A stretch of DNA of 63,418 nucleotides, counting the filler, from Collodictyon triciliatum (lineage: Eukaryota), in assembly GCA_043381765.1 (NCBI GenBank). It is 24 parts of 24 records of this genome, joined end to end, with 100 filler letters (N's around TTAATTAATTAA, not from the genome) between each part and the next. Parts side by side here need not be neighbours in the genome. Positions count along the whole stretch, not along the records: positions 13,414 to 15,992 come from JBHJMP010008633.1; positions 16,093 to 18,996 come from JBHJMP010008634.1; positions 19,097 to 21,675 come from JBHJMP010008635.1; positions 21,776 to 24,355 come from JBHJMP010008636.1; positions 24,456 to 27,033 come from JBHJMP010008637.1; 19 more parts are not named here. One strand, given 5' to 3'. Positions 13,560 to 27,133 of this stretch are shown piece after piece. The position numbers and the translations under genes are program-made. The notes beneath the pieces are model-generated. The model saw only the letters and a list, made by a program, of their open reading frames with translations. It did no database searches and was not told where the DNA came from. The stretch's first letter is position 1, and each line of letters opens with the position of its first letter.

Positions 13560-15954
13560 GCGAGCTGGTTTGATAAAATTCGTTCGCCATCAAAAGGAGA
13601 GAAGGATGTTCCAAAGGAATTTGGATATTTGAGTATCCGTGTTCAATTTCTCTCAGAATGCAACACAGCAACGATTTTAGTAAGTGCCCCACACCAAACT
13701 AAGACGCAAATAATACTATCAAGAATCATGCCAAAACTCAATTATTTTTTTTTTTTTTGTTAGTCTATAAATGAGATCCCGAATGCATTCACAGCCTATC
13801 ATGACTTTGTGAAAACGTACATTCTAAATTCAATAATCTGATAACATTTGCTTTTCTTTAACTATAAAGTATATCCATGCATTTGACACCGTCTCTTTTT
13901 ACTTATGCCTTTAATATCTCCGGCTGTAGGCTTTTCACCAACCATCTTTCAGGAAGTGGTATAGGTATATTCTGATTTCGAAATATTTAAAATACATTTG
14001 TTTGCAATAATTGTCTTTGACAGAATTTTCTTCAAATTATGACTTTATGTCTTGTAATTAATCGACTTATTTTGTCAAACGATTTACTTTTCAGCATGGG
14101 CGTATGATTTTCCGAAGGAGGTGTCGGCGGTTCTAGACGAGTTTAGCGCACGTTACTGTGTCGGGACCTTTTATAGGAAATTGATACACTTTTCCATATT
14201 TGCAGACGATTTTATGGAGCGTACCAGGAATGCGAATGTGAGAATTAGTATTCAATCTGTTAATTAAATTACTCTTTGAATCGAATAAAGGATAGTATTG
14301 ATTGCACTACTATTATGTCATTGCAGCCTAGTGTTATTCTTATATAAACATATTAAAAATACCAATTTATGATAAAGATCGAGCCGGAGCTAATATACAA
14401 AGTTTCAAAACATTCCATTCGAATATTTTCTGGTTGTCAGAGCTTTGAAGTCGCGCAAGAGCACATTGAATGCTTGGAGGTATTTTTGTTTTTGTCTGAT
14501 AAAGATTAACATACATGTAAAATTTTATAGGGATATATTATTTTCTAAAACTGTCGTATCTTAAAAACAAATAGAAATTGTACCAAGTGTGCAACTCAAC
14601 AAAGTCACAGTATCCAACGACATCCGAGGTAAAAATAGGGACCTCATGAATACTTTATCAAAACGTTCTACGAAATGAGGAAGAAAAGGCCGATTATTAT
14701 ATTGTTCAAAATCACTGAATCTTATAAAAATACATACTACTAGATTTCAAAATTCAACGATATTGTAGAGAATCTTACAACTCGTTTAAGTTCGATGATA
14801 TTTAACTTTTCGTTTGTATTCACACCGAGACATACCAAGAACTTGTAAGAATTTTCTCTTTACATAGTCTTTTCTTATTCCTTATATTTCCTTCAAAGAT
14901 ATGATTTGGATTTCTGAAAGGTTAAAATAAAAATTGAAATCATTTCATTTTCTTTGGATAGCATAATATCTTGTGTAAGGCTTCTTCGATTACTGCGAGA
15001 ACATAAACAAGAAGACGATTTCATTCATATCCTAATCGAAGTAACTCATTTATCCTCTTTTTCTTATCTAAAAAAAAAGAAGAAGAAGGATTTCTCCTCA
15101 GTTTGGATTAATAAAATAAACATTTATCTTCTCAACAATTTAAATAAATAACGTAGAGGATGTCCCTTTCTTCTCATGTATTTCAATAACTAAAATATAG
15201 GAAGGAATTAAGTGGAGATATTTGCATGCTCACCAGACAAAAAGAGATGAAGTTAGTCGCCTGAGTAGCCTCGTGTAAGATTTGTTTCCATATTTTTTTC
15301 CAGGAAAAAATATAATTTTAAGAGGTCACGAAACTCAATATTATTGATATAATATCCATGACTATGTAAACACATAACTTTGATTCCATTTACAGGCGTC
15401 GTGTAGCCTTTGCTGAGTTAGAGGTGAAGTTGTCCCATGAACAATTCTTGGAAATATTTGATAAGGATTTAGGGTATAGTATTCCATATATCTATTCTGT
15501 TACATTTTTGTCATTGGTATTCTACGTTTTTCTTTTGATCAAACTCGCATTTTTTCAAGTAATTTAGTGATGTAAAAGTTTCTTACAACTAATGTCATGT
15601 AATTTGAAGAGAAAAACTAGATACCTTTACTGCTACATTAGTCTACCAGCTCATCCAAAATGATCTGCAAGAATACTTTGGGACTGTCCCAAAGGCGTCT
15701 AATCAAATATTTGATTTGTACAAATCTGTGCAAAATTTTCATGAGTACGCTCGCCCTCTAGGCCTATTAAGGTATCTATTTCTCAACAGCTTTGCCATCC
15801 ATCAGCTTTTAATACTCTTTTAACTGATCTTTGCCTTAGCAAATTTTCTCCGATCAATCTACGGATGTATTTCCAGAGGTTCATCGATGAAGAAATTATC
15901 CGACTTTCAACAGAAATGTACAAAAATATGAAAGTAGCTCTGGAAAAAGATAAG
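13560..15954 (+). CDS. Munc13/BAIAP3-like C2 plus MUN-domain protein, internal fragment
   Basis: C2 end SWFDKI...FGYLSIRVQF; VLDEFSARYCVGTFYRKL; and a MUN/MHD1-approach motif QIFDLYKSVQNF...YFQRFIDEEIIRLSTEMYKNMKVALEKDK. Many GT-AG introns with consistent phases. Confidence 0.55.
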
Positions 15955-16092
15955 GTTACCTTTTTTTTTTTTTTTTTTTTATCAACTACATGNNNNNNNN
16001 NNNNNNNNNNNNNNNNNNNNNNNNNNNNNNNNNNNNTTAATTAATTAANNNNNNNNNNNNNNNNNNNNNNNNNNNNNNNNNNNNNNNNNNNN

Positions 16093-18996
16093 TATCATTC
16101 CAAGTGCCTTGTGGACATTCAATACATGATATGTTTCCATATGAGCCGGAGTTTGAGTTGAATGTGCCTTTTGGACAAGCGTGGCATGATTTTGAGTCTT
16201 TTTTGATTCCTTCTCTTTGATAGTATCCTGATAAGCATAAACTGCATGATGCACTTCTTTCTGAGCTGTAGCTTCCATTTGGACATGAAGTACATGATGA
16301 TTGATTGAATGAGCCAGTTTTGTTGTTGAATGTACCAGCTGGACATGATGTGCATGATGCTTGACCATCTCTTTCATTCCAAGTACCTTGTGGACATTTG
16401 ATGCATGATTTATTTCCATATGAGCCAGAGTTCGAGTTGTATGTGCCTTGTGGACAAGCATAGCATGATTCCGAGTCTTTTATTATTTCTTCTTTTTGAT
16501 TGAATCCTGATGAGCATAAGCTGCATGAAGAGCTTCTTTCTGAGCTGTAGGTTCCATTTGGACATTCAATGCATGATGATTGGTTGAATGATCCAGTTTT
16601 GTTGTTGAATGTACCAGCTGGACATGATGTGCATGACGCTTGACCATCTCTTTCATTCCAAGTACCTTGTGGACATTCAATACATGATTTGTTTCCATAT
16701 GAGCCGGAGTTTGAGTTGAATGTGCCTTTTGGACAAGCGTGGCATGATTTGGAGTCTTTTGAGATGCCTTCTTTTTGATAGAATCCTGGCGAGCATAATG
16801 TGCATGAAGAGCTTCTTTCTGAGCTGTAGCTTCCATTTGAACATGAAATGCATGATGATAATTCAAATGAGCCAGTTTTATTGTTGAATGTACCAGCTGT
16901 ACAAGATGTGCATGATGCCTGACCATCTCTATCATTCCAAGTACCTTGTGGACATTCAATACACGATATGTTTCCATATGAGCCGGAGTTTGAGTTGAAT
17001 TTGCCTTTTGGACAAAAATGACATGATTGTGAGTCTTTTGTGATGCCTTCTTTTTGATAGAATCCTGATAAGCATAAGCTGCATGATGCGCTTCTTTCTG
17101 AGCTGTAGCTTCCATTCGGACATGAAATGCATGATGATTGATTGAATGAACTAGTTTGATTGTTGAATGCACCAGCTGCACATGATTTGCACGATGCTTG
17201 ACCGCCTTTACCATTCCAAGTGCCTTGTGGACATTCAATGCATGATTTGTTGCCATATGAGCCAGAGTTTGAGTTGAATGTGCCTTCTGGACAAGCGCAG
17301 CATGATTTTGAGTCTCTTGTGACGTCTTCTTTTTGATAGAATCCTGGTGGGCATAAGCTGCATGATGAGCTTCCAGCTGAATTGTAACTTCCATTCGGAC
17401 ATGAAATACATGATGACTCATTGAATGAGCCAGTTTTATTGTTGAATGTACCAGCTGGACACGGTGTGCATGATACTTGACCACCTATATTATTCCAAGT
17501 ACCTTGTGGACATTCAATACACGATTTGTTGCCATATGAGCCGTAGTTTGAGTTGAATGAGCCTTTTGGACAAGCATAGCATGAGCTTGAGTCTTTTATG
17601 ATATTTTCTTGCTGATAGAATCCTGATAAACATAGACTGCATGACGAGCTTCCAGCTGAGCTGTAGCTTCCATTTGGACATGAAATACATGATGATACGT
17701 TATATGAGCCAGTTTTGTCGTTGAATGTCCCAGCTAGACATGATGTGCACGATGCTTGACCCTCTCTGTCATTCCAAGTACCTAGTGGACACTCAATGCA
17801 TGATTTGTTTCCATATGAGCCAGAGTTTGAGTTGAATGTGCCTTCTGGACAAGCATAGCATGATTTTGAGTCTTTTATGATTTCTTCTTTTTGGTAGAAT
17901 CCTGATAAACATAAGCTACAAGATGAGCTTCCAGCTGAGCTGTAGCTTCCATTTGGACATGAAATACATGATGATACGTCCAATGAGCCAGTTTTATTGT
18001 TGAATGTACCAGCTGGACACGATGTGCACGATGCTTGGCCATCTCTATCATTCCAAGTACCTTGCGGACATTCAATACATGATGAGTTCCCATATGAGCC
18101 GGAGTTTGAATTGAATGTGCCTTTTGGACAAGCATAACATGATTTTGAGTCTTTTATTACTCCCTCTTTTTGATAGAATCCAGATGAGCATGAAAAACAT
18201 GATGCGCTTCTTTCTGAGCTGTAGCTTCCGTTTGGACATGAAATGCATGATGATTGATTGAATGAGCCAGTTTTATTGTTGAATGTACCGGCTGGACATG
18301 ATGTGCATGATGATTGACCATCTCTATCATTCCAAGTACCTTGTGGACATTCAATGCATGATTTATTTCCATATGAGCCGGAGTTTGAGTTGAATGTGCC
18401 TTTTGGACAAGCATAGCATGAGCTTGAGTCTTTTAAGATTACTTCTTTTTGATAATATCCTGATAAGCATAAGCTGCATGAAGAGCTTCTTTCTGAGCTG
18501 TAGCTTCCATTTTGACATGAAATGCATGATGATTGATTGAATGAGCCAGTTTTATTGTTGAATGTACCGGCTGGACATGATGTGCATGATGATTGACCAT
18601 CTCTATCATTCCAAGTACCTTGTGGACATTCAATACATGATTTGTTTCCATATGAGCCAGAATTTGAGTTGAATGTGCCTTCTGGACAAGCGTAGCATGA
18701 GCTTGAGAATATTTTATTATACCTTCTTCTTGATAGAATCCAGATAAGCATAAGCTGCATGAAGAGCTTCTTTCTGAGCTGTAGCTTCCATTTTGACATG
18801 AAATGCATGATGATTGATTGAATGAGCCAGTTTTATTGTTGAATGTACCGGCTGGACATGATGTGCATGATGATTGACCATCTCTATCATTCCAAGTACC
18901 TTGTGGACATTCAATACATGATTTGTTTCCATATGAGCCAGAATTTGAGTTGAATGTGCCTTCTGGACAAGCGTAGCATGAGCTTGAGTCTTTTAT
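16093..18996 (-). CDS. Cys-rich CXXC (ephrin-receptor-like/GCC2-GCC3-type) repeat protein, probably extracellular; internal fragment
   Basis: Intronless frame of about 10.4 tandem 279-bp (93-aa) units, each with five CXXC-P.G.[FYW] modules and several N-glycosylation sequons. There is a 2-bp frameshift near 18705-18730. Confidence 0.88.
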
Positions 18997-19125
18997 NNNN
19001 NNNNNNNNNNNNNNNNNNNNNNNNNNNNNNNNNNNNNNNNTTAATTAATTAANNNNNNNNNNNNNNNNNNNNNNNNNNNNNNNNNNNNNNNNNNNNAAAA
19101 AGAACAAAAAAAAGAAAAAAAAAAG

Positions 19126-19225
<100 letters not shown>

Positions 19226-19399
19226 AAAAAAAAGAACAAAAAAAAGAACAAAAAAAAGAACAAAAAAAGAACAAAAAAGAACAAAAAAAAGCATATTACT
19301 AGAAAACAATTTTAAAAGTCATGAATTCTTCGTAAATTATGGAATATTATTTGTCTAAAAAGCAATAAAAAACTTTTTCTCGAGTCTTGTTTTCTTTTG

Positions 19400-21153
19400 A
19401 GACGCATGCGTTTTAGTCTCAGTTTCCACTACGACTGAACGCAACGAAGCGACGACCTTCTCCTAATTTTTTTTTTAAGATTGAATCACATGTGTTTGAG
19501 GTTTTTTTACAAGATAAATGGATGTAAGCCAACCAGTTGACGACTATGTTCCTTATACTTTTTGGACTCTGATTTGGATGAATCTAATTGTTCAGCGATT
19601 CTGGCACTTGTCTCTCTAATCTCCTCCATTTTAAACCTAAGAATAATTCTAGAGTAAGACATAACAGATGAATTCACGCATGCCGCTGCGATGTATTCAT
19701 AATACTATTTGATTCTAGCATTAAAGAAAGGAGCTAAGCAGAATAACTTTTGTTCTGAAAGCTGCTTTTGCATCTCACGCTTCTCCCCCAAGTAGGTTGA
19801 TTCTACCGAATTTGCGTGGTCCTAATTCATCATTTAGTCAACAATATGTTAATATGAGAAAAATGCATAAGCCAAGAGGTACCTGTAATTGAGATATCTC
19901 TAGGGTGGCTTTCTGTAATGCACGTTTGCACGAACCTAAAACCCGTTTGCATTCCCAATACAATTGTTGCCAAAACTGATGGAATAAAATGACATATAGA
20001 ATATGATGTCAGTGGCAAATCATTAGTTTCATGTAAGGTATTATGGAATATAGTGGTTCTGAGACTTGCTCTTTTAAATAAAAATCTGAAAAAACATATA
20101 CAATTGATGTTGCTTGTTCATCTCCCATTACTGGAGTTGTGATGCTTTTGTATCTATCAGCATCAAAGCGCTCAGTGTCACTCGCGGGTGAGACGAAATG
20201 AACATCTTTGGTGGTTGCCTTCCCCTCAGAATTAGGGGTAACCGTATTTATAGGACGTAATTTCTAATATGTTTGAATAATAGATATATTTTGATGAAAA
20301 GAAACACAGCTATGTGGCATATACAGTAAACATGACCATGAAATACAGTTTCCTTTAATCAATTTTCTCAGGAATAGCAATACAGACGGAATTTTCAGGA
20401 GTGGCCAAAATGTTCTCAGTATTCAAGTCTTTTGATTCATCTGCAAAGGTCACTGTTGGCCTTTTCGAAGGGGACGTTCGTCTCAGTTGCAATTCTAATC
20501 GGACAATTTCCTGCTCAAGGCTGGCTATAGCTTCGATTTGTGCCTTCGATACTTTAGACCATTCATTCTAATTGAGAGTTGGACCGATTGTTTTTTTTTT
20601 TTTTTTTTTAAAAAAAAAGTGTCAACCATACAATACTTAGATTTTAAAAATTAAGCGAGAAAAGAAAAGCAGTAAAAGCGGAGCTTTCTAAAATAACTAT
20701 AATGTAAGTTGAACACTCAAATGTAGTCACTATCGCAAGAATATTTGGAACCATATCGAATAAAAAAACCGAATTATTCTGTAGATATAAACACAATAAA
20801 GATGTTACGGAACTACTAGAACAGATTTAGAGTTTGTACACATCTCATGAATTACCTGTCTAAATGGTGTTTGAGACGGAGCTTCACCAGATGGACTGAA
20901 CGACAAAAACAACTGTGCTCTTCTTTCTGGTGTAAGAGTGGATAGATACCTGCCAGGTTTTTGTTGAAAACGAGTCTTATTATTCTAGTTTTTATTTCAC
21001 ATCACGTATAAAGTCAATTTTTTTTTGGTCAGTATATTATCTACAGTTGAATACATGTAAAGAACTTAAGGCTAACAAGGCAAATAAAAAAGTGTTCGAC
21101 ATGGGTCGCATTAGCCTTTACGTTTGGTAGTCACTCTGGTTCGAATCATCCAT
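19400..21153 (-). CDS. Hypothetical S/T-P-rich protein with a short coiled coil, multi-exon
   Basis: Spliceable frames MDDSNQSDYQTYLSTLTPERRAQL..., AIASLEQEIVRLELQLRRTSPSKRPTVTF and DVHFVSPASD. No family recognised and boundaries are approximate. Confidence 0.35.
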
Positions 21154-21577
21154 GGCAAACTCGATCCCGTCCTTACGCCCTACAGAAGCAAATCATTTAA
21201 ACTCTTCTCAATTGAAGCAAAGCGGTCAAAGAACTCAATCGCGCTCCATACATTTTCGTTTGGTTATTTCACACCTTTCTGCAGCGTCCCTCTATCACAA
21301 TATCTTTTCCTGTGAAACTACTTCGCGCGCAGAACGAAACGCTACACAATGATGATAGGTAGTTTTTCGACATACTCTTATTCTATCTCCTTTATTCGCT
21401 ACTCATAATCCTTCCTCCCTTCCTTTCCCTATTCACTTTCTTGTGCATGCCCCTATGTTTTCTTTTTTTTTTCTGGCGTATCGCGTTTGGCTAGCTTATC
21501 CACAGGAACTAAAATCAAAACGAAAAAAAACGAAAAAAACGAAAAAAACGAAAAAAACGAAAAAAACGAAAAAAACG

Positions 21578-21675
<98 letters not shown>

Positions 21676-22406
21676 NNNNNNNNNNNNNNNNNNNNNNNNN
21701 NNNNNNNNNNNNNNNNNNNTTAATTAATTAANNNNNNNNNNNNNNNNNNNNNNNNNNNNNNNNNNNNNNNNNNNNTGTTTTGTTTTGTTTTGTTTTGTTT
21801 TGTTTTGTTTTGTTTTGTTTTGTTTTGTTTTGTTTTGTTTTGTTTTGTTTTGTTTTGTTTTGTTTTGTTTGTTTGGTTTGTTTTGTTTGTTTGGTTTGTT
21901 TTGTTTGTTTTGTTTGTTTTGTTTGTTTTGTTTGTTTTGTTTGCTATTTTCACCTATGAAGTCATAATACGTGAGTTCGTGACGGCCAAGGTTTCGACGG
22001 ATTTGGCAGCAAAACTCAGAGCAGACTGGATTATTCGTTCAGACCAACAACCGGGTCAAAACACCCAAATCATTCTTCCACATATAGAATACGATAATAA
22101 TTCACATTATTAATTAGTAGTTTGTATATAAATTTTATATGCTTAGTTTAGTAAATTATTCTTTATAAAAAATTATATACAAAACTGGATTTCGACTCTC
22201 ATTCGACTTTTCAAAAATTCAAAAATTCAAAAATTCAAATGGCTCCCAACCCAAAGGAAAAAAGCTAAAGCGCGCTTGGCAAGCCATAAACCCCAACCGG
22301 CGAATCGCATCAATCTTATTGCTATCATCGAATCTTGCTCACTCTATCCCACATATTAATTTATTTAATTATATTTTTTCTGTTTATTATAATTCTACAA
22401 TATTCA

Positions 22407-23102
22407 ATGGCACTCACCCATTCGCAAACCCTCCAGCTTCTCATCTTCGACTCAGCCGACCAAGAAATGAACTCCCTTGTTTCAAATCCCACCAAACAAA
22501 ACACGACAAACGGTCTCCTTAGGGCAGAGCCGAAGCAACTATCTTCAAAGGTCTGCATTTTGTGTATTCCCCTTCAAAAGCATTCATATAACAACATCTA
22601 TTTATACTCATTCCCATTCTCAACTATCGCGCGATGAAGTCACGTGCATAGTTTCCAGCATCAATAGAGTTTCTCACTTGTACAAAAAAAAAAAAAATGC
22701 GTGAAATCAGGTTTTGGCCGACATATGTCTTTCGACCAAAGATGCCCATTCTTTATCCTCTGCATTCCACTCGCAGGATGACAGAGAAAACAACCCAAAC
22801 TGTGCCAATTGCGAGTCAGAGACAAAGTCTACTTTTTCCACGGGCTCGTCAAAGACGGTGACTGATTTGCGAGGACGAAATCCACTTTCCTGTTACGAAT
22901 CTCAGTCCGCCTCTGCTTTGCAAAAGACGCCTGTTTCGCGAGCCTCTTCCAACAGGCGCAAAAGCGTCGTTTTGTCTTCTGGAGTCCGCGTCGCCAAGAC
23001 AAAAGCACCGGTTGTTGCTGTGAGGAAAGTGTCGAGCACTGCCCGCTCTGCATCGTCGCTGGGTAAATAATCTAACGATTATTGATATTGTCATGCAATT
23101 GC

Positions 23103-23187
<85 letters not shown>

Positions 23188-24355
23188 TCAATTTATATTG
23201 CTTGTACCAATCGTAATAATTATATACGTGAACTTTCATTTTGTGTGTTTTAGAATGTGCTATCATCATTTTATCATCATCTTTCTTTGTGGTATTTAGT
23301 CTAACTTTTTGTAGCGTTTAATTGCCTTTTGGGACATTGTTCATATATCTGCTTCATTTATATTAGTGTTCTTTCTCGACTTTTACCCTATGCAATACTT
23401 TTAATATTTGGTCTCATTTGAAATTCGCAGTAAACGAACCAATTCATACTTTTATTTCTCCACACCAGGATTCACCAAACCGATATCAAAGACATCGGCC
23501 AATCAAACATCTTCTGCGATGAAAGACCCTTTTGCTGCTTTGGTTCCTCCGTTCTTATCATCGAAGTCAAAGTTCGATTACAAGGTTACAAGTTTGAAAA
23601 GGAATATGCATTCTCGCGCACAGAAAAATTGACACAATGCGAATACGAAACGTATCTAAAATATATTTGTATAATGTTCTAAAAATGATTGAAATATATA
23701 TCGAATATAACAAACCTCTCGTATCAAAGTACTCAAACGTTCATTAATATCTGTTGTGTTGTATCCCACAGCAGAGCACAAAATATGTTTCTTCACATTT
23801 CATTTTTTTTATGAACAAGGGTCGCTATGGTGAATTGGAAATGTATGCAGAAAAGTTGCGCCTTCGATTGATTGCGTATCTGTCTGCCGATACAAAAACT
23901 GATTCCCTTCCAATCGAAACCCTTCGAGCAGGTTACAAACTGACTCCGAATTAAATATGTAATTGCATTGCGATTGATATCTTCACGCGCAAACATTGTT
24001 GCTTGTCATCTCTAATAAACCTTTTTTTCTGTATGATTAAAATATTATCATATCCCTATGTGACATTACGGAATGGCCTTTTATTTCATGGCTCGTTATC
24101 GCAGAGTTGCAGGTAAATTCAACCTCATAATATCAATGAAAAATGGCCTTAATTCGACCCTGTTTCGCTTTGCCCGGCCACAAAAGCGTCGCTGTTTTTG
24201 TCCCTTCCTTTCGTTTCGTAAAAATCCCAAACGTCATCGTCTTACTTAAGCTTTATCATTTTGCCGCAGCTTTCTAAAGAATCGCATGCCTATCAAATGG
24301 AAGAATTACAAAAGGCCCTTTCAAAGGAGAAAGAAGGAAGCTATTTCACTTCCAT
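22407..24355 (+). CDS. Basic disordered N-terminus plus coiled coil; possible kinesin-14 (Ncd/KIFC1-like) tail
   Basis: A K/R/S-rich exon (22711-23062) is followed by the spliced junction KSKFDYK|GRYGELEMYAEKLR, resembling the Ncd/HSET neck-of-tail motif (YDFKARFHDL / WDLKGQL). No motor domain is present in the contig. Confidence 0.35.
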
Positions 24356-24694
24356 NNNNNNNNNNNNNNNNNNNNNNNNNNNNNNNNNNNNNNNNNNNNT
24401 TAATTAATTAANNNNNNNNNNNNNNNNNNNNNNNNNNNNNNNNNNNNNNNNNNNNATAATGAATCCATTCTTTTTTGTTATATATTTTTCATTTTCATTT
24501 GTTTATTTGTTTATTTGTTTATTTGTTTATTTGTTTATTTGTTTATTTGTTTATTTGTTTATTTGTTTATTTGTTTATTTGTTTATTTGTTTATTTGTTT
24601 ATTTGTTTATTTATCATTAAAAAAATTGACATTGCATATATAACCCATCAATATTGGTGAATAATACAAGCTTTCATCAAAGTCAACAAAATAC

Positions 24695-26892
24695 CTTTCT
24701 GACTTTCGAAATTTGAAATAAGCCTTCTCGCCTAATGCCAAAACGATTTCATTGCCTCTTAATTGACAAATTGAGATATACATCTAGCCACAAAAAATCA
24801 CTGCGAAGGAATGAATTAAAAGTGCAGTAAATGGTCAAATAACTAACAGCATTTTCCTCGGTGAAAAGAGTTCTGCAGAAGGGAGAAGATAACGATTGTA
24901 AAATTGATATTCTTTCCACTGGGTGGTCTGCAATTGTTAATCAATTGTTTGATTTTTTTAGAGAAAAGTTTATGGGAAAAAAAATTATCCAAATTGCAGC
25001 GAGAATTTTTCAATTAAATGCTTCAGATAAATATACGAATTTAAAGTAAAGGATACTTTCCAATAGGTCATTTTGATGAAAATTAAAAGCTGCTTCTATC
25101 TGATGGACAACAGAGGAAGCCTATACCATTTGATTTTATATTGAACTATAACGAAATTTCAATGTCATTGGCCAATCCTGTTGATCATGCTTATGCTATA
25201 ACTAAAAATAATTTACACGGGGTTTTTTTTCAGAAAAGAAAACCGCTTTGTGAACCATGATTTATACCGCAAATAATTTTGCTTTTGAAAAGAGGTCTTT
25301 TGCGTGCTCCATCTTCTGTTTCCATGTTGATATAAGTATTTCACAGTTATCAACCGGGCTGATAGATGGAGAGTTCATAGATTCGGGTGGTGTAATGAAG
25401 TGCTATTAATGTATATATAGAAGCATGGATTCAACAATCTCATTTTTTTCAGTTTCATTATTAATTTTCATTAGAAATTAAAAAAAAAATAAAGATATTT
25501 TTCTAGTGGCGCTTTGATTAACAAAACAAAAACTGCGATTCATTTTATTTATTTAATTTTTTAAACTAATTAAAAGAAATACCAAATCTCCAGAGTAAGG
25601 CATTGGGTGGAATAGGTGTTCCTTTTCGGGTGTGCTTCCCTCTGTGGGGGTGTAAAACATATCACTTGTTCCGTCTGATGAGTCGACTAGGATACGGATT
25701 GGAGTGGATACACTGTGCCTCTCGACATCCACAAAACTGTGAATTTCAGGGTTTTACTGATTCATCTGGTTTTATTTTGCTTGTGTTTTAAATACATACA
25801 AACGTGTTTTCTTGATTCTTCTTATAAATCGATAGCCGTTTCAATTGTAATATATTATCTGGTATGTAATTTTTGTTATATATCGCTGTTATCATTTTAT
25901 AGGTCTATGACATTAGCATATGACTAGTAAATGAACCTGAAAGTCCTAGTAGAATTTATTTTCCTGGCATCTGCTGCCTGCAAAAGAATTTTGATAATTT
26001 AAAGTGTCTACTATTTTCTCCTCAAGAATCGGGTATGCTTGTTTTACTTTAATTTTACACAATGATTTTGATAGAGAAGAAGAAGAAGAAGAAGAAGAAG
26101 AAGAAGAAGAAGAAGAAGAAGAAGAAGAAGAAGAAGAAGAAGAAGAAGAAGAAGAAGAAGAAGAAGAAGAAGAAGAAGAATGGTACCCGTATCCTTAAAG
26201 AAAATATGTATGTGATGTAAAATCCAACGAAGCACCAGAAAAGACTTGAAGATAGTATGAGCACGGAGACTGCTGAAAAAATCCTGTTCATTTTCTTAAA
26301 TTGATTAATGAACTACATCACATATCGTTATTCTTTACTCTTTTATATTTAGTTTTTGCCGCTGTAGGATATCATAATATTCATTTATATATCCCACCAT
26401 CTCTCATAGTCAAATAGACACACTTTGGCTATTATATAAAGAATCATGAATCCAAGAGAAACCTAAACAATACAGAATGTAAACATCAGCATTTCGTTGC
26501 TGAATTTCGCAATAATGATTATAGTCGGTTTTTAAATCACATTAATATACCAGATGAAAGCGTCTCCATCGTTCACTGAAGTAAACATATCCCCACAACA
26601 GAGACATACTCCGAACGAACACTAAACCCTAATAAAATTGTATTGTTTTATTCATTATAGGATCGTGAAAGGAATTCCTACTAGTTGTTATACAACGCGC
26701 GTGGCAGGACTTTATATATGTATTTTCACGTTCAATTATGAAGCACTATACGAGGATATCGACGAGTGAACTGTGGAATTCAAAAGCAAGCCATTCATCG
26801 TTAACTTTATCCGTGTCTCCTTTGTAAAGCACCATCATATACGGAGCCACGAAAAGGAGAACATCGAAAATAAGCACGACTAGACTGCTTTC
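24695..26892 (-). CDS. STARD3: STARD3/MLN64-like protein: MENTAL domain, FFAT-like linker and probable approach to a START domain; partial
   Basis: Exons give FEFHSSLVDIL|GLVFVRSMSLLWGYVYF...RFHL|VSLGFMILYIIAKVCLF (compare YNFKTSFFDIFVLAFFRFSGLLLGY...AFLIVKVIL), followed by DMFYTPTE and HFITPPES (compare QFYSPPES). Confidence 0.7.
26075..26180. repeat. (GAA)n microsatellite inside an intron of the STARD3-like gene
   Basis: Perfect trinucleotide run just after the minus-strand donor. Confidence 0.95.
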
Positions 26893-27133
26893 CTGTATGC
26901 ATATATCCGTAAATATTCATATCGTGTGTCTTGTTGTTTGTTGTTTGTTGTTTGTTGTTTGTTGTTTGTTGTTTGTTGTTTGTTGTTTGTTGTTTGTTGT
27001 TTGTTGTTTGTTGTTTGTTGTTTGTTGTTTGTTNNNNNNNNNNNNNNNNNNNNNNNNNNNNNNNNNNNNNNNNNNNNTTAATTAATTAANNNNNNNNNNN
27101 NNNNNNNNNNNNNNNNNNNNNNNNNNNNNNNNN

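Noticed and set aside
16045-18932. His/Val-rich alternative-frame ORFs overlapping the Cys-rich gene
   Set aside because: They are shadow frames of the tandem repeat.
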